A DNA stretch of 47,499 bases from an uncultured Candidatus Saccharibacteria bacterium. GTDB taxonomy: Bacteria; Patescibacteriota; Minisyncoccia; Phycocordibacterales; CAIZLB01. The position numbers and the translations under genes were made by a program. Position 1 is the stretch's first letter. Every line of letters begins with the position of its first letter. The notes under the pieces were generated by a model. The model was not told the origin of the DNA and searched no databases. It saw nothing but the letters and a program-made list of their open reading frames with translations. The stretch lies in contig CAZVIP010000006.1 in the NCBI GenBank assembly GCA_964627085.1, positions 1 through 47,499 on the forward strand, given 5' to 3'. Positions 38,540 to 47,499 of the stretch are shown in pieces.

Positions 38540-38914
38540 TTATTTCTTAGTTTCCTTCTTTCGTCCTGAACCCATAGTCTTTTTAGGACCCTTGAGAGTA
38601 CGAGAGTTGGTTTTAGTTCGCTGACCTCGAGCCGGGAGTCTGCGCGCATGGCGCATACCGCGGTAGCTTTTGATATCTTTTAGGCGCTTGATGTTACCTG
38701 AAGTTTCTCGCTTAAGGTCTGCTTCTAGCTTAAAAGATTCAACTATGTTTCTAATTTTATTCTCTTCATCACTTGTTAGTTCTGAAGTTTTCTTACTGAA
38801 CTCTACACCTGCCTGCTGAAGGATTGTTTGTGATCGCTTTCTACCGATGCCATAAAGAGCAGTCAAAGCCATCTCAAGTCTCCTATCAGGGATGTTTATA
38901 CCAAGTATACGCAT
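38540..38914 (-). CDS. rpsM: 30S ribosomal protein S13
   Basis: MRILGINIP, YGIG, YRGMRH...LPARGQRTKTNSRT. Confidence 0.98.
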   Translation of the reverse strand: MRILGINIPDRRLEMALTALYGIGRKRSQTILQQAGVEFSKKTSELTSDEENKIRNIVESFKLEADLKRETSGNIKRLKDIKSYRGMRHARRLPARGQRTKTNSRTLKGPKKTMGSGRKKETKK

Positions 38915-38935
38915 GTGTTTTATTTTTGACTTGAA

Positions 38936-39052
38936 TTAACCTTGTCGCTGTTTGTGGCGAGGGTTAGCCTTACATATAACGAACAAAACCCCTCCTCTTC
39001 GGACGGCTTTGCAGTGTGAGCATTTTTTATTCACTGAGGCTCTAACTCGCAT
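38936..39052 (-). CDS. rpmJ: 50S ribosomal protein L36 (zinc-binding form; not in the ORF track)
   Basis: Manual translation [38 protein letters not shown]. Confidence 0.97.
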   Translation of the reverse strand: MRVRASVNKKCSHCKAVRRGGVLFVICKANPRHKQRQG

Positions 39053-39088
39053 AAACGACAAAATTTAATAATTAATAATGCAAAGGTG

Positions 39089-39117
39089 ATATTACTATAA
39101 ACAAACCTTAATGTAAA
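39089..39117 (-). promoter_or_regulatory. Promoter for the rpmJ-alpha operon
   Basis: TTTACA, 17-nt spacer, TAATAT on the minus strand. Confidence 0.6.
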
Positions 39118-39255
39118 GCCCGTTTTCGGCCTATTTTGGGGACATCTATGGAAAAAGGCCGAAAAATGGCTATTTTGACACTCCGACGAGACACCGACCA
39201 GCTTTTCGGGTGAAATACTGGTCAAAAGTAGCTTAACAATAGAGAAACGGGTGTT

Positions 39256-39480
39256 TTATCCTCTCCTGACGATTTTACCCTTTCCGCCGTATGGGTCGAT
39301 TTCTACACTAACTCTGTCTCCGATGAGTACACGGATACGGTTATAGACCATTTTACCTGCTAGGTATGTGAGCAATTCCTTTGCTTCACCTTCCGGACTC
39401 TCAAATCTAACTTTGAACATAGCGTTCGGGAGTGATTCAATAACAATACCTTGGATTATTTGCTTTGGGGGGTTTGACAT
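39256..39480 (-). CDS. infA: Translation initiation factor IF-1
   Basis: G.VIESLPNAMFKV, YLAGKM..NRIRVLIGDRV.VE; start set at MSNPP. Confidence 0.96.
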   Translation of the reverse strand: MSNPPKQIIQGIVIESLPNAMFKVRFESPEGEAKELLTYLAGKMVYNRIRVLIGDRVSVEIDPYGGKGKIVRRG

Positions 39481-39522
39481 ATTTTTATACAGATTAACAG
39501 ATTTTATGACTATATACAATAT

Positions 39523-41178
39523 TTATTCTAAAGTAATTGAGATTTTATCTTTATTTGACGGCAAAGACTTCTTCCAAAAAGGCCAAACTGATATCTCGAC
39601 TTGTGCACCTGGTACTTGCATATTTAGTTCACTATATACGTCAGCAGTGCTTTTGCCGACAAAGCTATCTTTCAAGACTTCAGTGTCAACACTTCTTCTG
39701 CCTGAGACTGTTCCATTTGCCTCAATACCAAATACTCCACTTAGAATAGATGCGCTAGGGGTTTCTTTTACTTTGAATGTTAGAGTTTCGATGCTTGTCA
39801 CGTCCGGTTGAATATTTTGTGTACTCAAGATTGATGAAATATTTTTGAGCAAAGCATCTCTGTCCAAACCAATGGCTTTAGTGGTTAGGTTGATTGTTAC
39901 TTTTGACTGACCGTTATCCTGTTTGATACTTGCAATTGTACTTGCGGATTTGATGCTGTCTTTGAGTAAAAGCAGGTTTGCATTGTCTTGTGTGATGTTT
40001 GATACTGCACTTGCCTCAGCATCTGCTTTTTCTTTCTGTATTTGTGATTGTATTTCTGGTGCGCCTGTGTCTGGTGCTGTACCTTTTGATCCCCCAGTGA
40101 AATTACTTGATGTTTTAGCGTAAATCTTTACGTATTTTTGTGTACCAGCGATGAGGCCAGGGAGTCTGAGCTCGAGACCTCCCGCTGCATTGTACTCAGA
40201 TCCTGCTTGATCAGCTTCCACTTTTGCAGAAATAGTACCCGGGGTATTTTTTCCATTTGTGGTAGTCATGCCGGGTATATTCACATCAGCCAAGAGTCTA
40301 AAGACAGATCCATTAGCTGTTTGTAGTCGTGTTGATTTAACGAGCTCGTATGGTTTTGTACTCCAGTTATTATAGAGGACTACTTCCCCTGTCGCCTTCT
40401 TATTTATAGAAATTGTTTTTACATTTCCTACTACAAATGTCTTCTCAGAATTTTTTGTGAATGATTGGTATGGGATTTTTTCAGGTAATACTTGACTATC
40501 AATTACGATGTCTTCAGTTGTAGTATGGATGCGAACTGAGGCACTTGCAAAAACTGTTTGTGCGAGAGTTATTCCAGTAATTGCAAGTAGTATAACTGCC
40601 AAAGAAGTGTTTCTAAGGGTATGTGTTTTGCTGCCTGGTTTTCTGATTGGTGCAAAAGATGAATTATCGTCATAATCTTCATCTATTTGTTTTGAATCTG
40701 TTTTTTGCTCGAGTACAGAATCACTAAAGCCTTCATCGTTGGTTTCAAAAATTGGCTCTCTTTTTATTTTTGTGGTTTTGGTTTTGATGCCGCTTATATT
40801 TTGTTTGCTGTTAGCGGATACAGATTTTCTAGGTGATTTGGCTGTGTCTTGTTCAAGGCCATGGTTTGAGCTAAGGGAAACAGTTGGTGCTGGGTATTCC
40901 TGGTTAGCGCTTTCTCCGTCAAAAGAATGTGAAATTGAACGCTTGTTGCCCAATTTGATATGTTTTACATCGTGTGCGCTTTGGCTGTCATCAGTGTCAG
41001 TACTAGCCACATTGTTTGCCTCAGCAACTGATGCTGAATCTATGTCATTAAATGAACTTCCTTCATTCTCTACTCGTCTGTGAATAGGAATGTTTCGAAT
41101 CGAACGTTTGGGTGCAGACTTTGGTGTGATGTCGTCTGGATTCTCTTTTTCAAATGTGTTTTTTGAATGTAAATTCAT
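39523..41178 (-). CDS. Single-pass membrane protein with disordered N-terminus and a baseplate-J-like beta domain
   Basis: TM SLAVILLAITGITLA; KATGEVVLYN...TRLQTANG..FRL...V.IPG...VEADQAGSEYN pattern recalled from baseplate J/gp47-like proteins. Confidence 0.65.
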   Translation of the reverse strand: MNLHSKNTFEKENPDDITPKSAPKRSIRNIPIHRRVENEGSSFNDIDSASVAEANNVASTDTDDSQSAHDVKHIKLGNKRSISHSFDGESANQEYPAPTVSLSSNHGLEQDTAKSPRKSVSANSKQNISGIKTKTTKIKREPIFETNDEGFSDSVLEQKTDSKQIDEDYDDNSSFAPIRKPGSKTHTLRNTSLAVILLAITGITLAQTVFASASVRIHTTTEDIVIDSQVLPEKIPYQSFTKNSEKTFVVGNVKTISINKKATGEVVLYNNWSTKPYELVKSTRLQTANGSVFRLLADVNIPGMTTTNGKNTPGTISAKVEADQAGSEYNAAGGLELRLPGLIAGTQKYVKIYAKTSSNFTGGSKGTAPDTGAPEIQSQIQKEKADAEASAVSNITQDNANLLLLKDSIKSASTIASIKQDNGQSKVTINLTTKAIGLDRDALLKNISSILSTQNIQPDVTSIETLTFKVKETPSASILSGVFGIEANGTVSGRRSVDTEVLKDSFVGKSTADVYSELNMQVPGAQVEISVWPFWKKSLPSNKDKISITLE

Positions 41179-41222
41179 AGGTGTAATATAATCAAATACT
41201 TCTGTTATTGTATCACAGGATT

Positions 41223-42401
41223 TTATTCAAGCGCGCTTAGCTTTGTGAGAAAACCTGGCTCCTGCTTGACCTCTACTCCGATATCAACAAAATCATTAAG
41301 GGATGCTCTGTCGAGGACTTCAATAGTTAATTTTTCTTCTGACATTGTGAGATCAAGGTAGTTATCATTTAGCAAATAATCTTTGAGGACATGAGAAATG
41401 ACGCTTGGTGAAGACAGAAATACATTTGAAGGAAAGCGCCCCGACACAAGCGCGATACTAGAAAATTCCTTGATAGCATTTCGCCATTTTTCAAATGAGC
41501 TTTTGATTACTTTGCCTAAATTTTCCTCAAAGTCAGGCTGTAGTTTTTTCTCCACATATAATTTCAATAGATTTAATGCCACATCTGAGGTGATATTATT
41601 TGTGGTCGACATTTCTTTGAGTAAATGGTTGAGGCCAATTGGAATTGTGCCGAGCTCGCGAATATGTTCGTCTTTGATAATCTGGATATGAGTCAAGATT
41701 TCATTGACACGAATTATTGCATAATTGTTCTCGAAATTTTTGAGCTTCGCTTCCTTGATTGCCGCTTTGAGCAATATTGTTGGCTCGCTCTTTATCACTA
41801 TATTTTTGACTTCATGGAAAAAAGAGTCACAAAGACCCAAAATCATTTGCTTGGTGCTCATTTTTACATAGCTCACATATCCATGTAGGGTCAAAGACTT
41901 TGCAGTTTTGCCCATAGGATCTGTAATTGTATAGCCGTTGAGTGTCGAGCTGAGGATATTACTCTCGAGGATAGCAATTTCTAATTTGTCTTGACCAGAA
42001 ATTGATTTAATCTCTGTATCAAAAGATTGTTTGATGATTGCTGGGGTCACTTTGAATTCCTTTGCTTCATTAAAATGACTTGTTACGGCCTTTCCTTCAA
42101 ACCACGGTGCAGAAAGTGAAATAGAAATATGTTCAATATCTCCGACATTATAACCAGCGGTTAGTACATCCTGATGTCTGGTGTCGTTTAGGATTGTGCG
42201 AAGCAAAACCTCTAGTCTTTGCTCTAGGTATTCTTGCGTAATGTCTTTGTGCTCTGGATTAATTGACTTGAATCTATATGTTTTGATTATGGGTTTCTGG
42301 AATGTTTTGTCGTCCTTTTTTTTAGGCAAAGAGCGCTCCACTAAAGATGTGGAAATAGATGTGTCTGATATTGCAATAGACAAAGAGACGAGCTTCTTCA
42401 T
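41223..42401 (-). CDS. Degenerate FtsA/PilM-like actin-fold protein
   Basis: N-terminal beta hairpin, LNGY...P.G, beta strands then IPIG.NHL, size about 390 aa; nucleotide-binding glycines absent. Confidence 0.55.
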   Translation of the reverse strand: MKKLVSLSIAISDTSISTSLVERSLPKKKDDKTFQKPIIKTYRFKSINPEHKDITQEYLEQRLEVLLRTILNDTRHQDVLTAGYNVGDIEHISISLSAPWFEGKAVTSHFNEAKEFKVTPAIIKQSFDTEIKSISGQDKLEIAILESNILSSTLNGYTITDPMGKTAKSLTLHGYVSYVKMSTKQMILGLCDSFFHEVKNIVIKSEPTILLKAAIKEAKLKNFENNYAIIRVNEILTHIQIIKDEHIRELGTIPIGLNHLLKEMSTTNNITSDVALNLLKLYVEKKLQPDFEENLGKVIKSSFEKWRNAIKEFSSIALVSGRFPSNVFLSSPSVISHVLKDYLLNDNYLDLTMSEEKLTIEVLDRASLNDFVDIGVEVKQEPGFLTKLSALE

Positions 42402-42467
42402 TACTCATTAGTATATCATTTGCATTGAAGTCCAGATACGTCAGGTTGTGAACAGCGCTCTTACAAT

Positions 42468-43181
42468 CTATGAAGATTGATTTATATTCCCAATTATTGC
42501 CAAGCAATTTTTTTGGTCGAAGGTATCAATGCCTTTTTGTCTCACCGCAAGTCCACTATCATCGTTTACATCCTGTATTAGACCGTCGTTATTGTTGATT
42601 GTAGATAAATCACAAACCAAAGTAACAGCTGATTCTGCCGCATCACCACTTATCTCCTTTTGCAAACCCACCTGAGTTTGATAAAAATCACTTGTCCAAT
42701 ATAACTCAGGCTTCGGGTCTGTGCCTGGCTGTGTCTTTCTGTAAAAAAGCACTTTTGTTGGGTCGATATTTTGTGAAGACAGATATTCAACATTAATTTC
42801 ATAACCCTCCTCTGTGCGGCGAGGCTTTCCGTTTGCATGAGTTCCGTGACTTAGGGTAATCACTGGACCAAAAAGACCTCTGGTCTCACCTTCAAAGTTT
42901 TTTCTTTGCTCATTCGTTAGGATTTCATAAAAACGAGATGAATTAACTAGGTATGCACCAAATAATTCAGCATTTTCACGTATAGCAATTGGCAGGGCAT
43001 TAAAAAGTCTTGAATCCGAAAAAACCTTCGTCATGATTTGAGGTATATCCTCACCTTCTTGACTTATTTGATGAACAATATCTGCTACAAGTTTTTCTGC
43101 AACAGGATCTGTGGCATATAGGTGCTCTATGTCACCGAAATTGGCATCTAAAAGTGGATTTTTACTTGATTCGAATGACAT
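42468..43181 (-). CDS. Hypothetical protein
   Basis: 237-aa ORF starting 11 nt after the alaS stop; no motif recognised. Confidence 0.7.
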   Translation of the reverse strand: MSFESSKNPLLDANFGDIEHLYATDPVAEKLVADIVHQISQEGEDIPQIMTKVFSDSRLFNALPIAIRENAELFGAYLVNSSRFYEILTNEQRKNFEGETRGLFGPVITLSHGTHANGKPRRTEEGYEINVEYLSSQNIDPTKVLFYRKTQPGTDPKPELYWTSDFYQTQVGLQKEISGDAAESAVTLVCDLSTINNNDGLIQDVNDDSGLAVRQKGIDTFDQKNCLAIIGNINQSS

Positions 43182-43192
43182 TAAATTAAGTA

Positions 43193-45016
43193 TTATTCTA
43201 AGACCGCTTTGATACGTCTGATTCCTTGTGCCACGGCTTCTTCTTTTTGGATTTTGAATACACCTAAGTCACCTGTGTTTTTGACATGTGGTCCACCACA
43301 GAATTCTTTTGAAAAAGCATTATCTATTGATTCGCCAATATAGTATACGGTCACTGAGTCGCCATATTTATCACCGAAGAAATGTAATGCTCCTGTTTTT
43401 TCAGCTTCTTCTTTTGGTAATGTAACAACTTCAACTGGGAGTTTGGCTTTGATTTGTTCATTTACAATATCCTCAACCTTTTGTTTTTCTTCATCTGTCA
43501 TTTTTTGTGAATGAGTGAAGTCGAATCGAAGTCGCTCAGGAGTGATATTACTTCCCTTTTGTGAGACATGATCGCCGAGTACTGTGCGGAGTGCTTGATG
43601 CAAAAGGTGTGTCGCTGTGTGGTATTTGACTGACATTTCACTTGTGTCACCTAGGCCTCCCTTGAATTTCTGTGCGGCACCAGCACGTGAGAGTTCCTGG
43701 TGTTTTTTGAGTGCGTCAGCAAAACCTGACATATCAACATTTACTCCATGTTCTTTGCAGATTTCCTGAGTGAGCTCAATTGGAAAACCATATGATTCGT
43801 ATAGGAGAAAAGCCTCATCGCTCGCAAGTACTGTTTTACCTTCGATGATTGAATTCAGTTCCTTCAGACCGCGACTGAGTGTATTTCGGAATTTCTGCTC
43901 TTCTTTTTCAATAGTGATTTTGATTGTTTCTTTTTGTTTGCCTGTAGCTTCGTATACGTCTTTGTATAGTTCACATGCGGCATCTGCAATTCTAAATAGT
44001 GCCTTTGGTTTGAGACCGAGTGTATCAGCGAAACGAACTGCACGTCTGATAAGGCGTCGCAAAATATAACCCTGATCGCTGTTTGCAGGCAAAACACCAT
44101 CTGAAATCAAAAGTACCGATGTTCGGATATGGTCTGCGATGATTCTGACAGCTCTTTTTTCCAAAACTGCATCTATATTGAGACTCGCAAAATTATCAGG
44201 ATACGAAGCCTTAATTTCAGCAATTATATTTTCAAAAATATCTGTATCAAAAATATTGTCTTTGCCCTGGAGTACCATGGTGACTCGCTCAAATCCAGAT
44301 CCTGTGTCTACATTTTGAGCTGTGAGTTTACCTGTAACTGCCCCATCTTTTTTCTGGTATTCCATGAATACATCGTTCCAGATTTCTACAACCTGTTGTT
44401 TATCGTCCGCCGCGAGGAATTCTTCATGTGTGAGGCCGTCTGCACCTCCGTGAAGACCAGAGACATCATAAAACATCTCAGTATCAGGTCCGCAAGGTCC
44501 ATTGTCGCCAGGACTCCACCAGTTATTCTTTGCAGGGAGGAAAAAGATACGATTTCCAGTAACATTGTTTTTCTCAAAAATTTCTCGCCAAATTGCGGCA
44601 GACTCTTCGTCTCGTGGTGCATTTTCATCACCTTCGAAACATGTGACGTAGAGGCGCTGTGGGTCGAGAGCAAAACCATCATCTTTTGAAGTAAGGAGTT
44701 CAAAACTCCACTGTATTGCATCGCGCTTGAAATAATCACCAAGTGACCAATTCCCCATCATTTCAAAAAATGTCGCATGGGTATTGTCGCCGATATCCTC
44801 GATATCAACTGTACGCACACATTTTTGGAAGTTGGCGAGTCTTGTGCCAAGCGGGTGCTTCTCGCCGAGTAGATATGGTACGAGTGGTTGCATACCGGCA
44901 GTATTAAATAATACTGAAGGGTCATTTTCAGGTACGAGTGGAGCTGAGGCTATGATTGCATGGCCTCTTTTTTCAAAAAAAGATAAAAAACGCTTACGAA
45001 TTTCTGAAGATTTCAT
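43193..45016 (-). CDS. alaS: Alanine--tRNA ligase, short form without C-Ala domain
   Basis: LFNTAGMQP, FFEMMGNWS.GDYFK, GPCGP, EIWN, DTG.G.ER, editing HTATH and CGGPH. Confidence 0.96.
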   Translation of the reverse strand: MKSSEIRKRFLSFFEKRGHAIIASAPLVPENDPSVLFNTAGMQPLVPYLLGEKHPLGTRLANFQKCVRTVDIEDIGDNTHATFFEMMGNWSLGDYFKRDAIQWSFELLTSKDDGFALDPQRLYVTCFEGDENAPRDEESAAIWREIFEKNNVTGNRIFFLPAKNNWWSPGDNGPCGPDTEMFYDVSGLHGGADGLTHEEFLAADDKQQVVEIWNDVFMEYQKKDGAVTGKLTAQNVDTGSGFERVTMVLQGKDNIFDTDIFENIIAEIKASYPDNFASLNIDAVLEKRAVRIIADHIRTSVLLISDGVLPANSDQGYILRRLIRRAVRFADTLGLKPKALFRIADAACELYKDVYEATGKQKETIKITIEKEEQKFRNTLSRGLKELNSIIEGKTVLASDEAFLLYESYGFPIELTQEICKEHGVNVDMSGFADALKKHQELSRAGAAQKFKGGLGDTSEMSVKYHTATHLLHQALRTVLGDHVSQKGSNITPERLRFDFTHSQKMTDEEKQKVEDIVNEQIKAKLPVEVVTLPKEEAEKTGALHFFGDKYGDSVTVYYIGESIDNAFSKEFCGGPHVKNTGDLGVFKIQKEEAVAQGIRRIKAVLE

Positions 45017-45109
45017 AGTTAGGGATTATAGCAGGTTTTGAGGGGTTTTTAAAGTTGAACACTAGTTTAAAATCGGCGTTTATTATTAAAATTTTGTGTT
45101 TTTACAGGA

Positions 45110-45140
45110 AAGCCCTCGCGAAAAAAATCCGCGAGGGCTT
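45110..45140 (-). terminator. GC-rich hairpin (terminator-like) downstream of the accessory gene
   Basis: 11-bp stem aagccctcgcg/cgcgagggctt. Confidence 0.65.
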
Positions 45141-45171
45141 GGGTGTTTAAAGGAAACGAGTCATCGAGACA

Positions 45172-45801
45172 TCAAGCCTCAGCCTTCCTCTTGGCAGAAA
45201 CCCTAAGATCTTTATGGTGACAATCATCGTGGAGTAAATTTACCGAAAGCTCTTGGGTTTTGAATTCTCCAGTTTCAGTATGGCTGCCTTCTGATGGCGA
45301 GCTGGAGGTCCGAACAAAACCGTCTTCAAAAAGCCGAATATCCCTAACCTTGAGGTAGGTAAATATAAGCCAACTGAGCTCCACGGTATTCGGCACTACT
45401 TCGACCTCGGAGAGCAGTCTATTCTGATCGTCCCATGTTTTTGATTCCGAGCTCAACACTGGGGTTTTCTTGATCATAAGCCAGCCTGATCCTGTCTTTT
45501 CTTCGCGACAAAGTGGTCGATCAAAATAATACCATGCGCCATTGTTCGTGGTTAAGCAGATAAATTTAATTTTCCAAAGGTCAATGAGCGACATTGCTGT
45601 TGGTGGTGCAGGAATAAGAGCGTAATCATTTTCTCGGCACCACCTGAGTGTGTCTACTGGTGGTAGACTTTCAGCCAGTGCCAGGATCTGATCTTGTGTA
45701 TAACTGATTTTACTTACTGCCATAATTTCTTCGCAAGTAACGAAATCAGCACCAAGAATTTCGGATGCATTTTGCACCGTAGATTCATTCAATAGTTTCA
45801 T
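45172..45801 (-). CDS. Hypothetical protein, possibly with a C-type-lectin-like C-terminus
   Basis: 209-aa ORF with its own leader and downstream hairpin. Confidence 0.72.
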   Translation of the reverse strand: MKLLNESTVQNASEILGADFVTCEEIMAVSKISYTQDQILALAESLPPVDTLRWCRENDYALIPAPPTAMSLIDLWKIKFICLTTNNGAWYYFDRPLCREEKTGSGWLMIKKTPVLSSESKTWDDQNRLLSEVEVVPNTVELSWLIFTYLKVRDIRLFEDGFVRTSSSPSEGSHTETGEFKTQELSVNLLHDDCHHKDLRVSAKRKAEA

Positions 45802-46032
45802 TGGTTATAATGGTTTTGGGTTCCGAAACGCTCGGTGACGTCTTGCCCTTGATTGAGACCAGACTTTTAAGTCATGGTGCACAAGCCTTAAAAGTCTGGT
45901 CTCAAGGGTGACTCATAATTTGAAAGAACAAAATATTTGTACTATAAATACATGAATTTAACAACCAATTTCATAAAGATTGAGAACCATAAGCAAGGAA
46001 TATGGCGTTATGTATGACTAACTCAAGCTTTC

Positions 46033-47499
46033 TTACTTATTCCCCTTACTCGCAACCCTCAAAAACTCCGTAAACAATGGATGTGGAGTGAGTGGTCTTG
46101 CTAAAAATTCTGGATGGTACTGTGTACCCAGGAAGAATGGATGAACCTTCGCTGGGAGCTCGGCAATTTCTGCGAGTGTGCCATCTGGTGATGTACCAGA
46201 GAACACAAGCCCAGCGTCTTCGATTGCATTTTTGTATTCAGGATTGACCTCATATCGATGTCGGTGTCTTTCTGTGATAACTTTTTTGCCATATGCCTTT
46301 TCTGCAATAGTACCTGGTTTAAGGTGTGCAAGGTATGCACCAAGACGCATAGAACCTCCAAAATTGCCCTCAGAGAGCTTCTTTTTCTGGTCTGGCATGA
46401 TGTCGATAATCAAATGTTTAGCTTTTGGATTAATTTCAGCAGTATTTGCATCTGCTAGTTTCAAGACATTTCGTGCGTATTCGATAGTCATCAACTGCAT
46501 ACCATAGCAGAGTCCAAAGTATGGAATTTTGTTTTCTCGTGCATATTTGATAACTGCGAGCTTTCCCTCAATGCCCTTTTCGCCGAATCCACCAGGGACC
46601 AAGACACCGTCAAAATCCTTTAGCTCCTGCAATTTTTTGAGGCTGCCTTCTTTTTCATATTCTTTTGAGTTGATCCAAGTGATTTTTGGTTTGAGGCCGA
46701 GGTGGTATCCAGAGAACTTGATTGCCTCGATAACAGATAGATATGAATCTGACAAAGTAAAATCACCTGAATCAAAATATTTACCAATGATTGCAATTTT
46801 CACTTCTTTTGTTGCGCTCTTTGTTTTTTTGACAAAAGAGTCCCAGGCCGCCATGCTGCCGCTTTTTTCTTTGAGATTGAGTAGCTTGAGAATTAATTTA
46901 CTAAGGTTTCCCTTCTCAAAGTTTCGTGGAATATCGTAGATACTATCTACATCAGGTGCTGAAATGACAGCTTCGGGTCGGAGTCCGCATGAGACCGCAA
47001 TCTTTTCTCGGCGCTTATCGTCCATCGGTTGTTCACTTCGAGCCACGATAATGTCAGCTGAAATTCCAGATGAGTTGAGCTGTCGCAAAGCATTTTGCGT
47101 TGGCTTACTTTTCATTTCTCCGAGTTTACCTGGTACAGGTAGATAAGAAACCATAACAAACATCACATTGTTTGGCTCCCAAATTTTCATCACACGCGCA
47201 GCTTCGAGGAACATGATATTTTCATAGTCACCAATTGTCCCTCCAATTTCGATCAGCGTGACATCTGATCCTGTATTCATGGCAGATTTTTTGATTCTGC
47301 CAATGATTTCATCACGAAGATCAGGGATAACCTGCACACAGCGTCCACCAAATGCCAGTGCACGCTCTTTGTCGATAACAGATTTATACACAAGACCACT
47401 CGTCATATAACCCGATTCATCGATATCATTTCCCATGAATCGCTCATAGTTACCCATATCCTGATCTGTCTCGAGTCCACTATTTAAAACAAAAACCTA
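46033..47499 (-). CDS. pyrG: CTP synthase, 5'-partial at the window edge
   Basis: VFVL..GLETDQDMGNYERF, EIGGTIGD, KSKPTQ, VPGGFG, GLCYGMQ, ERHRHRYEVN, QYHPEF. Confidence 0.97.

Noticed and set aside
1-47499. Alternative genetic code (TGA or TAG reassignment)
   Set aside because: Conserved genes are intact under code 11 and TAG ends several of them at the expected positions; no in-frame TGA interrupts them.
1-47499. CRISPR array, tRNA/rRNA, prophage or IS element; remaining short antisense ORFs in the track
   Set aside because: No regularly spaced repeats, cloverleafs, transposases or integrases seen; short ORFs are shadows of confidently identified genes.

Overview
Bacterial chromosomal segment (genetic code 11, AT-rich, mostly minus-strand genes). 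Gene content and style (shortened AspRS/AlaRS/uL13, near-absent Shine-Dalgarno motifs, FtsA-like plus baseplate-J-like gene pair) suggest Patescibacteria/CPR, probably Parcubacteria; this placement is inference. Core content: cell-wall/division genes (asnB-like amidotransferase, M23 peptidase, murG, ftsW, mraY, DD-carboxypeptidase), scpAB, five aminoacyl-tRNA synthetases (gltX, aspS, trpS, lysS, alaS), a plsC-HAD-histidine kinase cluster, a second plsC, grpE/dnaK/dnaJ, infA and the rpmJ-rpsM-rpsK-rpsD-rpoA-rplQ-rplM-rpsI block, and partial pyrG. Several solitary accessory genes with their own sigma70 promoters and terminators interrupt the core. The best-supported unusual feature is a T-box riboswitch upstream of aspS with an ultra-short Stem I carrying a GAC (Asp) specifier, a matching UGGC T-box bulge and an intrinsic terminator. 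More speculative: a membrane-anchored ORF ending in a RAPP-like motif directly upstream of dnaK, an unassigned structured RNA leader before an ABC exporter, boxA-like motifs plus long hairpins in accessory-gene leaders, a hairpin-rich insertion duplicating the rpsI 3' end, and a possible remote DGR target. No rRNA, tRNA, CRISPR array, transposase or integrase was seen.
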